Below are positions 9,651 through 20,732 of a stretch of 37,347 nucleotides of DNA, piece after piece; position 1 is the first letter of the stretch, and the number at the start of each line of letters is the position of its first letter. The stretch is from Candidatus Fermentibacterota bacterium (lineage in GTDB: Bacteria; JAFGKV01), in NCBI GenBank assembly GCA_016928395.1, contig JAFGKV010000296.1, positions 1 to 37,347 on the forward strand, read 5' to 3'. Both the position numbers and the translations under genes were made by a program. A model generated the notes under the pieces. That model had not been told where the DNA came from. It saw only the letters and a program-made list of their open reading frames with translations, and made no database searches.

Positions 9651-10736
9651 ATGGTACCAATGGATACTGAAGACACACCTCCGGATAAGGAGGACGACAT
9701 GCGGGCAGTCAATGCACCGTTGAGCCTATCTGACCACTTCGGCTTTGGCACGATGATCGGCCTGAGTCCCGCCATGGAACGAGTATTCTCCCTGGCGAGA
9801 AAGATCGCCGCCAGCAATGCCACCACTGTCTTGATCACCGGGGAGACCGGTACCGGGAAGGACCTTCTGGCGCGGGAACTCCATGTCAATTCAGCCCGAA
9901 GGGAACAGCCGTTCATCGAGGTGAACTGTTCGGCCATCCCTGAAACCCTGTTGGAGACCGAGCTGTTCGGCTATGAGCAAGGTGCCTTCACCGATGCCAA
10001 GGGCCGGCGCCGCGGGCTCTTCGAGTTGGCCACCGGAGGCACGCTGTTCCTTGATGAGATCGGATACATGACCGCCAATCTGCAGGTCAAGCTGCTCAAG
10101 GCCATCGAGGAGAAGCGGATCCATCGGGTCGGGGGGACCCATGACCTCGACGTGGATATCCGCATCATGGCGGCGACCAATCGAAACCTGGAACAGGCCA
10201 TGCGCAAAGGGCTCTTCAGAGAAGACCTCTTCTATCGCCTCAATGTCATCTCCATCGAGCTGCCTCCCCTACGGGAACGGGAAGACGACATCCTCCTTCT
10301 CGCCCGCCACTTTGTGAACCATTTCTGCGCGGAGCACCAGAAGGAACGGATGGTGCTTTCGCCGCGGGCTGAACGCTTCCTCATGTCGCATCGATGGCCC
10401 GGCAATGTCCGTGAAATGAAGAACGCCATCGAACGCGTGGTTGTGCTGGGCGAATCACAGATCATCAACCCCGAGGACATCCGAATCACCGTACGCCACG
10501 AGACCACCCTCGTGCAACCGCACGGCCCGGGGAAGGACAGAATCGTCCTCCCCATTCCTGAGACCGGCATTCCCTATACGGAAATTGAGCGGCAGGTCTT
10601 CGGCCAGGTTCTCACCATCAGCGGGTGGAACAAGAGCAAGGCGGCCCGCATACTGCACATTCCTCGCCCCCGGCTGCTCCGCAAGATCGCCAAGTATGGC
10701 CTGGCCCCGGCCATACCGGTGAAGGACGAGGAGTAG
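9651..10736 (+). CDS. Sigma54-dependent activator lacking an N-terminal sensory domain (AAA+ and HTH only)
   Basis: GETGTGKD, ETELFGYEQGAFTDA, FLDEIG, WPGNVREM, WNKSKAARIL; alternative start at 9699. Confidence 0.92.
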   Translation: MVPMDTEDTPPDKEDDMRAVNAPLSLSDHFGFGTMIGLSPAMERVFSLARKIAASNATTVLITGETGTGKDLLARELHVNSARREQPFIEVNCSAIPETLLETELFGYEQGAFTDAKGRRRGLFELATGGTLFLDEIGYMTANLQVKLLKAIEEKRIHRVGGTHDLDVDIRIMAATNRNLEQAMRKGLFREDLFYRLNVISIELPPLREREDDILLLARHFVNHFCAEHQKERMVLSPRAERFLMSHRWPGNVREMKNAIERVVVLGESQIINPEDIRITVRHETTLVQPHGPGKDRIVLPIPETGIPYTEIERQVFGQVLTISGWNKSKAARILHIPRPRLLRKIAKYGLAPAIPVKDEE

Positions 10737-10753
10737 CGGCAGCGTAGGTAGCA

Positions 10754-10774
10754 GGGTTCAGGGGTCGGGGTTCA
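10754..10774. repeat. Degenerate heptamer repeat (GGGTTCA)x3
   Basis: GGGTTCA GGGGTCG GGGTTCA; reverse complement of the repeat at 1-33. Confidence 0.7.
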
Positions 10775-10842
10775 GCCTGGCCTCTGAAGGCGGGAAGCCA
10801 CATCGGATTCTTCGGGGCGAGCACGGCATGCGGCGGTGTATG

Positions 10843-10937
10843 AGGAGCATCTTCAGGCGCGAATGGGTGCCTCTCCCCTTCGCGCTCGCACTGGCACGCG
10901 CACACGTCAGACAGATCGGGCCTGAAGGCGCTCCTAC
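10843..10937. repeat. Inverted pair of GTAG-family REP-like elements
   Basis: AGGAGCATCTTCAGGCGCGAAT (10843-10864) versus ATCGGGCCTGAAGGCGCTCCTAC (10915-10937; reverse complement GTAGGAGCGCCTTCAGGCCCGAT). Confidence 0.65.
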
Positions 10938-11112
10938 ACTCGCTTCACGAGGGTGGCTCGGCTCATAGACGCTCGCTAGCAGACTTCGTCTGGGATCGGC
11001 TGCCGTGGCTGTCGGTGGGAATCCGGCCCCTTCCTGACCTGCAACTTGACCGGGGAGCTCTGCGTTCCTACGTAGCGCATGAGAACCAGCCGGAGGAATG
11101 AGGAGCACGAAT

Positions 11113-11194
11113 GTCATCACCCGGCTTGAGCGGGTGATCCAGGACTCGGCCGAAATGCTGCGGACTGGATTGCCCGAACAGGTCGGGCAATGAC
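11113..11194. repeat. Inverted pair of GTCAT...CCAG palindromic (REP/RPE-like) elements
   Basis: GTCATCACCCGGCTTGAGCGGGTGATCCAG and CTGGATTGCCCGAACAGGTCGGGCAATGAC; each is an internal hairpin and the two are mutually inverted. Confidence 0.75.
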
Positions 11195-11256
11195 GGGGGG
11201 GTAGTGTGGAAGTTGTGCTCTGTATCGTCCGGGCACGCCCGGGGCCCCCACTTGTC

Positions 11257-11406
11257 TGAGAGTACATCCTGCCCTCGTACTCGTACTCGTTCACGGAACC
11301 TCATCTCTCGATACCGATAGCGATAGCGATTGCGATAGCGCCCTTGGGCGAGAAGTGAGGAGAACGTGAGCTGCTAGCCGAGAGCCAACTGCAGGCTGTA
11401 CTCTCA
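11257..11406. repeat. 150-bp unit with 16-bp terminal inverted repeats enclosing two hexamer arrays
   Basis: TGAGAGTACATCCTGC (11257-11272) and GCAGGCTGTACTCTCA (11391-11406), 15/16 match; inside are (CTCGTA)x3 at 11274-11291 and (CGATAG)x5 at 11309-11340. Confidence 0.7.
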
Positions 11407-11480
11407 ACCCTGAGAATTCTGAGGGAGCCCCCCGACCTCAAAAGCCGCACTGAACCCTGAACCCTCTGCATCCCCGCCCT

Positions 11481-14123
<2,643 letters not shown>

Positions 14124-14246
14124 CTATGTCCTCCCCCATCGTCACAGTCGATGGTATAGGTTCTGATACGATGTTCCAAATCCTCTCCTTATGACGCAAG
14201 AGCCGTACCGAAGCCGAGGGGTGGGAGGTGCCACTCGTCAGCAGAT

Positions 14247-14276
14247 GTAGGGTGGGTTCGCGACGCCAAGCCCAAC
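14247..14276. repeat. Degenerate GTAG-type REP-like palindrome
   Basis: GTAGGGTGGGTT...AAGCCCAAC; a related degenerate copy lies at 17710-17737. Confidence 0.45.
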
Positions 14277-14341
14277 GCAGCGGCTCGGTATCTGCATCGA
14301 TCGCAGTCCTCCATGGCGGTGGCAAGACACCAAATCCACCC

Positions 14342-14373
14342 CTGCTTCCCTGTGCGAAAGGCAGGGGAGGCAG
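14342..14373. other. GC-rich hairpin with GAAA loop in the divergent clpB/UDPGP spacer
   Basis: CTGCTTCCC-TGTGC-GAAA-GGCAG-GGGAGGCAG. Confidence 0.45.
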
Positions 14374-14412
14374 TGGGTAGTCGACAATTGGCAGAATTCA
14401 GGAACCTTCTCC

Positions 14413-14450
14413 TGCACCCATCCATTCATCGTTCCATCCCCATCGTTCCA
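14413..14450. repeat. Degenerate octamer repeat (nnnnnCCA)
   Basis: TGCACCCA TCCATTCA TCGTTCCA TCCCCA TCGTTCCA. Confidence 0.6.
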
Positions 14451-14694
14451 AAGTTTTAGTATTTTGGTGTTCCGTACTCTCAACCTCGAGACGTCTGCGT
14501 GCGGCCGGTCCTCAGAGACCCTACTGAACCCTGTGACCTCCTGGCGAGGCCAGCCGCTGTCCGCCAGACTGACATGGGCGCTGCCGATCTGGCGGCCTCG
14601 TGTAGACGGCAATGGTGGATGGTGGTATCGCTTGACAAGGGCAGGCACAACGGCGGAACTGTGACGCTCTCACCGCGACCACAGGAGATGGTTG

Positions 14695-15831
14695 ATGCTC
14701 GACATGCCGCTGACTGCACAAGAGACGGAACGGCTCACGCCGTTTTTCTTTGATCACAAGCTCCAGGAGCGCCTCTGCGGGCAGTTCGCTGCCGGGCAGC
14801 TCTCGCTGGAGACCAACCTGATCCATGGCGAGATCACGCCGCCTGGTCCCGCCATGATACGAGACATACCGGATGACCAATCGCCTGAGGGCCGCGCGGC
14901 CCATCGGGCCGGGGCCTCGGTGGTGGAGGGGGGACGACTTGCCCTTCTGATCCTCAACGGCGGCATGGCCACCCGCTTCGGCGGCGGCGCCAAAGGGATC
15001 GTGTCCGTGGAAGGAAAGTTGAGCTTCCTAGGCTTGAAGGTCACGGCTGCGCGGCTGCTGTCTCGCCGGTATGGGGGCGAGGTGCCGGTGTATCTCATGA
15101 ACAGCATGGCGACCCATGAGGCGAGCATCCGCCACTTAAGCGAGCATGGCCATTTCGGCTATGATCCTGCTCTGATCAGGCCCTTCCTGCAGAACACGCT
15201 GCTTCGCATCACGCCGGACGGTATGCTGTTCCGCCACGCCAACGGCACCATCTCACCCTACGGTCCGGGCCACGGCGACATAGTCGAGGCCGTGGCTCGC
15301 AGCGTGCTGTCCGACATGCAGGCCCGGGGCATCGACGTGATCCAGATGTCCAATGTTGACAATGTGCTGGCGACCCCTGACCCACTCCTGGTCGGCCTGC
15401 ATCTTCTTGATGGCGCCGAGATGACCGTCGAAGTCGTGCGCAATACGGGCACCGATGTCGGCGGAGGCCCCCTGATGGTAGATGGCAACTTCCAGATCGT
15501 GGAAGGATTTCGCCTGCCGCCGGCGTTCGATTTCACAGCGCTCTCGGATTTCAACGCAAACACCTTCTACTTCAGCCGGGCATGCTTCCACCGTCACTAT
15601 GATCTCTCATGGTTTGTGGTAGCCAAACACGTGGAGGGCCGCCAGGCCCTTCAGTTCGAACGGCTGGCAGGCCAGCTCTCAGCCTTCCTCCCGTGGTCGT
15701 GCCGGCGCGTCCAAAGAGACGGACCGGGCAGCCGGTTCTCCCCCATCAAAGACCGACCATCGCTGGAATGTGACCGAATGAGAATATCCACCACATTGCG
15801 CGACCGCGGCTTTCTCTCTGAGGTGCTTTGA
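14695..15831 (+). CDS. UDPGP-family (eukaryote-type) UDP-sugar pyrophosphorylase
   Basis: LNGGMATRFGGGAKG, YLMNS, GPGHGD, SNVDN, QIVEG, QFERL, RFSPIK; AGGAG RBS. Confidence 0.85.
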   Translation: MLDMPLTAQETERLTPFFFDHKLQERLCGQFAAGQLSLETNLIHGEITPPGPAMIRDIPDDQSPEGRAAHRAGASVVEGGRLALLILNGGMATRFGGGAKGIVSVEGKLSFLGLKVTAARLLSRRYGGEVPVYLMNSMATHEASIRHLSEHGHFGYDPALIRPFLQNTLLRITPDGMLFRHANGTISPYGPGHGDIVEAVARSVLSDMQARGIDVIQMSNVDNVLATPDPLLVGLHLLDGAEMTVEVVRNTGTDVGGGPLMVDGNFQIVEGFRLPPAFDFTALSDFNANTFYFSRACFHRHYDLSWFVVAKHVEGRQALQFERLAGQLSAFLPWSCRRVQRDGPGSRFSPIKDRPSLECDRMRISTTLRDRGFLSEVL

Positions 15832-17666
15832 TGAAGTCGCTCAACTCAGTCAAGGAACGTATGGCCATCGGCTGGGTCACCGGCCTGGTGCTTGCCGTTC
15901 TGGAGACGGGCCGGGCCGGCATACCGGCGGGTAGCCTGGGATGGGGCATGGCACTTGTCGCACTGGGCATGTATCCCTTGCTGGGCGGTCTCGCCTCCCT
16001 CGCACTCGGCGTAGTTCCATGGCTCAGGCCGGCCCGGCGTCTGACAATGGCCGTCATCATTCTCATGGTCGTCCCCTGGGCGGTCTCCGTGATCTTTCCC
16101 CACCTCTCCCTCGCGGGTATCAGGAATCCCCTGCAGTGGCCCCGCATCGCTGCGGTGCTTGTCGGCGCGCTCATGAGTGCCGGCTGGGCGGGCCGACGGC
16201 ATGGCCTTCTGGTGCGCCTCTTCCCTCCGGTGCCCGTGGCTTCCACGGCCGGCGCGATGGTCTCGATAGCCGGAGTAGCCCTGTTGGTCTCTTCCACGCA
16301 ACCGGCCCGCGTGAGTCTCCGCGCCGATGGCAAAGGTCCCAATGTAGTTCTCATCTCGCTGGATACGGTGCGCAAGGACGCGCTGGGATGCTACGGCGGC
16401 CCGGCATCCACGCCCGCACTGGACTCCCTGGCTGCAGCGGGCCTCCGTTTCAGGAGCGCAACCAGTTGCGCGCCCTGGACCCTGGCCAGCGTCTCCTCCT
16501 TCATGACAGGATACCATCCCTCCACTACGGGGGTCTTCACGGGTGTGAACCGTCTTGCGGAGGAATTCGAGACCCTGGGCGACGTCTTCTCCGCCCAGGG
16601 CTACCACACCCATGCCATCGTGACCAATGCGTGGCTGCGCCCCCAGTTCGGCCTTTCACAGGGCTTTGCCGTCTACGATCACCGAACCCCTGTGGAGCCG
16701 CCACCCGAGCTGTACTCCTTTGCCGTCTACAGGGCATTCCGCCGGTGTGCCCTCAGGCCCCCGCCCCATCCTCCCGAGTCTGCTTCGGATGTGGTGTCAC
16801 GGGCCCTGCAGTTTCTTGGTTCGAAACCGCCTACCCCCTTCTTCCTGTGGCTGCATTTTAACGATGCCCACGATCCCTACTCCCCGCCTCGCCGCTACAT
16901 TCCCCAACGCGGCAGCTATCGAGGCCCCTTCCGGGCCACCTCGGGCCGCATCGTACGACTTCGGGAAGGAAACCGCCTCTCATTCGACGATCGCCGACGA
17001 ATCCAGGCGTTGTATCATGCAGAAGTGGAATACCTGGATACCTGTCTGAGGGGCCTGTTCGCCGGCCTTCGTGATGCAGGTCTTGACCGGCACACCATCG
17101 TGGCGGTGGTGGCGGATCACGGCGAGGAGTTCTGGGAGCATGGCAGCGTGGGCCATGGCCACACCCTCCACGGTGAGCTCCTTCAGGTGCCCTTCATCCT
17201 CTCGTTTCCCGGCCATGTGCCCGATGGCGCAGTGAGCGACATACCCACTACCCTGGCCGACCTGGCGCCCACGATTCGGTATCTGGCCGGCGTTCCGGAA
17301 TCCATGACCCAGGGTCGGGCTCTGACGGACACGAGTCGCATGCCGGCCATAGATCGGCCGCTCTTCGCCGAGGCACTGGAGTTCTTCTGGGAACTGAAAT
17401 CGATAACACTGGGGAAATGGAAACTGATTCTTGATCCTGCCTCCGGCGATACCCGCCTGTTTGACACCGCCGACGATCCGTGGGAGCGCTTCGACGTCTC
17501 CCGGGAGAACCCCCTCCTCGTTTCCGCCCTGCGCGACACCTTGACCGCCGGCCTCTCCCGCTTCGGCGTCGATGCCGATCGCATGAGCCTTGCCCGCGGC
17601 GCCTCGGTCATGGTGCTTTCTCCACAACTCCGGGAGCAACTCCGCGCCCAGGGCTATGTCGAGTAG
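15831..17666 (+). CDS. Membrane-anchored sulfatase-like hydrolase/transferase (Thr at nucleophile position)
   Basis: About 5 N-terminal TM segments; PNVVLISLDTVRKD, APWTLAS..SFMTG, LHFNDAHDPY, ADHGEEFWEHG..GHG, EQLRAQGY; TGATG coupling to upstream gene. Confidence 0.88.
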   Translation: MKSLNSVKERMAIGWVTGLVLAVLETGRAGIPAGSLGWGMALVALGMYPLLGGLASLALGVVPWLRPARRLTMAVIILMVVPWAVSVIFPHLSLAGIRNPLQWPRIAAVLVGALMSAGWAGRRHGLLVRLFPPVPVASTAGAMVSIAGVALLVSSTQPARVSLRADGKGPNVVLISLDTVRKDALGCYGGPASTPALDSLAAAGLRFRSATSCAPWTLASVSSFMTGYHPSTTGVFTGVNRLAEEFETLGDVFSAQGYHTHAIVTNAWLRPQFGLSQGFAVYDHRTPVEPPPELYSFAVYRAFRRCALRPPPHPPESASDVVSRALQFLGSKPPTPFFLWLHFNDAHDPYSPPRRYIPQRGSYRGPFRATSGRIVRLREGNRLSFDDRRRIQALYHAEVEYLDTCLRGLFAGLRDAGLDRHTIVAVVADHGEEFWEHGSVGHGHTLHGELLQVPFILSFPGHVPDGAVSDIPTTLADLAPTIRYLAGVPESMTQGRALTDTSRMPAIDRPLFAEALEFFWELKSITLGKWKLILDPASGDTRLFDTADDPWERFDVSRENPLLVSALRDTLTAGLSRFGVDADRMSLARGASVMVLSPQLREQLRAQGYVE

Positions 17667-17776
17667 TATCTCAGGAACGCGACAGGAGGCGGCGACAGCC
17701 CCACGCATCGGTTGGGGTGAACGCCAGCCTGACCCAAGATCCCTGCTCGGAATCCTTAATGCTGAAGGGAGAAAAG

Positions 17777-17832
17777 TGGAATGATGGGCTGTTGGACGAG
17801 TGGGTGAGAGGCTGGATGGATGAATGGACCGG
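17777..17832. repeat. Degenerate octamer repeat (TGGnnnnn)x7
   Basis: TGGAATGA TGGGCTGT TGGACGAG TGGGTGAG AGGCTGGA TGGATGAA TGGACCGG. Confidence 0.6.
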
Positions 17833-17968
17833 AGAGTCGGCCGCCCACGGTCATTCCGGAAATCTCCCTCGACCCAGCGCAGGGCCCGCGACTCCCACTC
17901 CTTGGTTCAGAAAGGTAAAGCGTCGGCCTGCACACTGGAAACCATGAGCTGCGAAGAGCCGTGAACCA

Positions 17969-18000
17969 CCGACCTCGGACTCCTCGCGATTCGAGGTTGG
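17969..18000 (-). terminator. Hairpin just downstream of the PNPOx-like gene (possible terminator)
   Basis: CCGACCTCGGA...TTCGAGGTTGG imperfect stem; no clear U tract. Confidence 0.3.
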
Positions 18001-18015
18001 CCTCGTTCATCGAAC

Positions 18016-18585
18016 TCAGTAGTGCGCCCACTTCTCCACGTATGCGGTTTGGCTTTCCAGATCGAGCACCTCGATGCTCGGATCCTTGCCCGCACTTCCG
18101 GCCGTCATCACGATGGCTGGTCTGACTCGGATCACCACCATGTTGGGGCGCTTCAGCCACCGCTTTATCTCCTTCGGAAACCGGCTACCCAGCAAGTCCC
18201 GATAGGCGCGATTCTGGGGATCCGTGAGACTCCCGAGGATCTCCGCCGTTCCTTCGATCTGCACCGCCCCCTGGCACAGCGCGACGTGCGCATTGCTCGC
18301 GATGTGCATGCACTTGCGGGAGTGCCGCCACGTGAACAGGTGAAGCTCAATGCCTCGCGCGGCAACCAGCACGCTTCGCGCGAAGACCCGGTGCTGGTGG
18401 GAGGTCGCCAGGACCATGACCTCGCTCTCCTTTGAGGCCAAAAAGCGCTCGAACCGGCGATGCTGCTCCTCGTAGTTGAGGAGGGTGCGAATAGCGCCAC
18501 CCGCGGAGGGAGCTTTCCCCGGCTGGCCGCCGGGTGACCCTTGCCGGAAAGATGGGCCGCCAAACTCACGTTCGTCCATCGTCAC
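18016..18585 (-). CDS. Pyridoxamine 5'-phosphate oxidase-like FMN-binding split-barrel protein
   Basis: MVLATS...ARSV...FT.R.SRK..HI..N..VALC...QIEGTA; start overlaps the upstream stop. Confidence 0.75.
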   Translation of the reverse strand: MTMDEREFGGPSFRQGSPGGQPGKAPSAGGAIRTLLNYEEQHRRFERFLASKESEVMVLATSHQHRVFARSVLVAARGIELHLFTWRHSRKCMHIASNAHVALCQGAVQIEGTAEILGSLTDPQNRAYRDLLGSRFPKEIKRWLKRPNMVVIRVRPAIVMTAGSAGKDPSIEVLDLESQTAYVEKWAHY

Positions 18586-20639
18586 TACGGCACAACCTCC
18601 CGGATCTCTTCAGGACGGAATCTCGTGACGGTGGTACCTACGGCCTCATGCCATGCGCCAATCATGTCCGTCGCCTTGGACACGTTATTCGCCAGCACGT
18701 TGAGTGTCTCAGCCGGATCGTTGGCAAGATCAAAAAGCAACATGGCATCCGACATCTCAGGGGGGGGGTTCTCCGTGTCGGCGGCGTGGACGAGCTTGAG
18801 GGGAAGACGCACGGTCGCGATGATCTTGCCGCCGGGGGCCTCGCTGAACAGAGTCGACCAGCGCTCGCCACCGGCCATAAGGGGAAGGAGGCTTGTGCCC
18901 TGTATGCCGGCAGGGGGTTGAATTTCCGCCATGGCCAGGACAGTAGGCATGATGTCCAGAAGGCTCACCGGATAGATCACCGTGGCGGAGGCAGCCGAGA
19001 TCTCCGGTCCTCGCAACAGCAGCGGCACCTGGATCAAGGGCTGCGCAAGGGGATGGGATAGCCGCCGTGCGTCCTGTGCGCCGAAGGCCATGCCCCGGCC
19101 AGCCAGAGTCACCTGGATGGGCTCCCTCCCCACCCCGAACTCGTTCACGCATCGAAGCACTTCTCCAAGGCAACTGTCCACGAGGGCAACGGCGACGCGA
19201 TATGCCTCAGCCGAAACCGCACCCTCTGAGGCGTCCTCCGCCAGGGCCGCCGGGTCACTGAAATGGAGCCAGAGGAAGCCGGGCCTCAGGGTGGGCCATG
19301 CACCGCACACCACGCGGATTGCCTCGTCCGCGACCTCCTGAGCGGACCACCGGTGGCTCGAGGGCGCCGCATACGAGGTGAATCCTCTGGCGAGCCGGCC
19401 CACCTGGGGCGCCAAGAAGGGGTCGGACACGACGGCAACACACCCGAATCCTTGGGACGCCAGGATGGAGGCCAAGGTCGGCGCTGCATCGGAGAGCCCT
19501 TGAATTCCATCGCTTACAACCCCGTGCACGAACGGGTAGAATGACGTCATGACACTGGCGTAGCATGGTGCCACCGCTGTCGACGGCGTGTACGCATGGA
19601 GAAACGAGACTCTCCCTTCGTCCCCGCCATAAAGGGCCGGCAGAGAGGCGCCGTGCTGACGCAAGATCTCGGAGGTGAGGCCATCCACGCTTATCATGAG
19701 GACGAGTTCACCCTCTGCGCGCGGGGCGGTCACCTCGGCCGTCATGTCGGAGATCGCCACAATGCCTCGGCTCTCTGGGCCCACCGTGACGGTGATGGCC
19801 CTGCAGTCCTGCCGAACGGGCGCCTTCACCACCGCAGCGTGTGGCCCCGCCGACACTCGGCCCGACCAGATAGTCTCATCCCCCCCCGAAAACCGCTCCG
19901 CGCTCAGGCAGACATCTGCCTCGCCCCCCTGCACCCCGTATGTCATCTGCACGACGCTTCCTGATGGAAGGTAGATACCGTAGCGTAGGGCCTGCCTGGG
20001 CGAAAGGACTCGGATGCCCGCGTTGGCGGAACTCCTGACCAGTGCGCGTTCCAGTTCACCGATCCCCGGCTCCTTCGCCGAAGGGACATCCCAGCTTGCC
20101 TCCCTTAGGGCAAACCGCAGGGGACGGGGGTCGATATCCGGGGGTGTTCGCATGGACGGCACCAGGCCGATGGTGTTCCAGCCCCTTCGCAGCCGATCAC
20201 GGGGCACGGAAACCTCAAACCAGTGATACCGGCGACTGGTCATGCTGAAACGGGCCAGTTCGACGCCGTTGGCGAAAACAATGAAGCCTTGGTGCTCTGC
20301 CGTGGCGGTCGGCGGCGGCGCCCACCGGAGCCTCAGCACCAAGTCTCGCAGATTCACCAGGGGGATGCGCAGCTCCACCGTGTCACCCACGGCCCACCGG
20401 AAGAAACGGCCATCCGGATCTTGCTCGACAGTTCCCCAACCCCTGCCCAGGAAGCGCTCATCCTCACGGCCCATGCGGAATCCGTGTTCCTCCACCGCAG
20501 ACAGAACCGTCTGGGGCCACGACGACAGGCTGACCTGAAACTTCGGCTGCGCTTTCGCGCATGCCAAGGCGCAAAGCACAAGAGCAATGGCAAGCCCGCG
20601 AGCCAGGCGAAGACCAGGGGAACTGTGAACGGCAAACAA
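18585..20639 (-). CDS. Lipoprotein with beta-sandwich N-region and degenerate sulfatase-like domain
   Basis: TTG start with GGAGG; lipobox ALAC; LMISVDGL, AYTPS..VAPCYASVMTSFYP..HG, LWLHFSDP, VPLL, LLDIMPT, LFDLANDPAE. Confidence 0.8.
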   Translation of the reverse strand: MFAVHSSPGLRLARGLAIALVLCALACAKAQPKFQVSLSSWPQTVLSAVEEHGFRMGREDERFLGRGWGTVEQDPDGRFFRWAVGDTVELRIPLVNLRDLVLRLRWAPPPTATAEHQGFIVFANGVELARFSMTSRRYHWFEVSVPRDRLRRGWNTIGLVPSMRTPPDIDPRPLRFALREASWDVPSAKEPGIGELERALVRSSANAGIRVLSPRQALRYGIYLPSGSVVQMTYGVQGGEADVCLSAERFSGGDETIWSGRVSAGPHAAVVKAPVRQDCRAITVTVGPESRGIVAISDMTAEVTAPRAEGELVLMISVDGLTSEILRQHGASLPALYGGDEGRVSFLHAYTPSTAVAPCYASVMTSFYPFVHGVVSDGIQGLSDAAPTLASILASQGFGCVAVVSDPFLAPQVGRLARGFTSYAAPSSHRWSAQEVADEAIRVVCGAWPTLRPGFLWLHFSDPAALAEDASEGAVSAEAYRVAVALVDSCLGEVLRCVNEFGVGREPIQVTLAGRGMAFGAQDARRLSHPLAQPLIQVPLLLRGPEISAASATVIYPVSLLDIMPTVLAMAEIQPPAGIQGTSLLPLMAGGERWSTLFSEAPGGKIIATVRLPLKLVHAADTENPPPEMSDAMLLFDLANDPAETLNVLANNVSKATDMIGAWHEAVGTTVTRFRPEEIREVVP

Positions 20640-20732
20640 GAGGCACCTCCTACGGCTTACACCATCTCGTATGCCCTCGCCAATGCGGTATCGGCGCGGG
20701 GGAGATCAGGATTCACCATTGAGATCCAGTCG

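Noticed and set aside
10960..11035. Possible tRNA-Sec near selB
   Set aside because: No UCA anticodon loop, TTCGA T-loop or cloverleaf found by eye; needs tRNAscan/Aragorn to exclude fully
10758..11304. ORFs in the activator-clpB spacer (e.g. MNEYEYEG..., MRFRERVRVR...)
   Set aside because: Translations simply reflect hexamer repeats and palindromes; no RBS or family motifs
10737..11480. CRISPR array
   Set aside because: No regularly spaced identical 23-47 bp direct repeats and no cas genes
14150..14190. EDLEHRIRTY peptide upstream of clpB, resembling a CbpM/MerR C-terminus remnant
   Set aside because: Too short, immediately preceded by a stop, and with no further similarity
14632..14660. 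TTGACA upstream of the UDPGP gene
   Set aside because: No acceptable -10 box at 16-18 nt spacing
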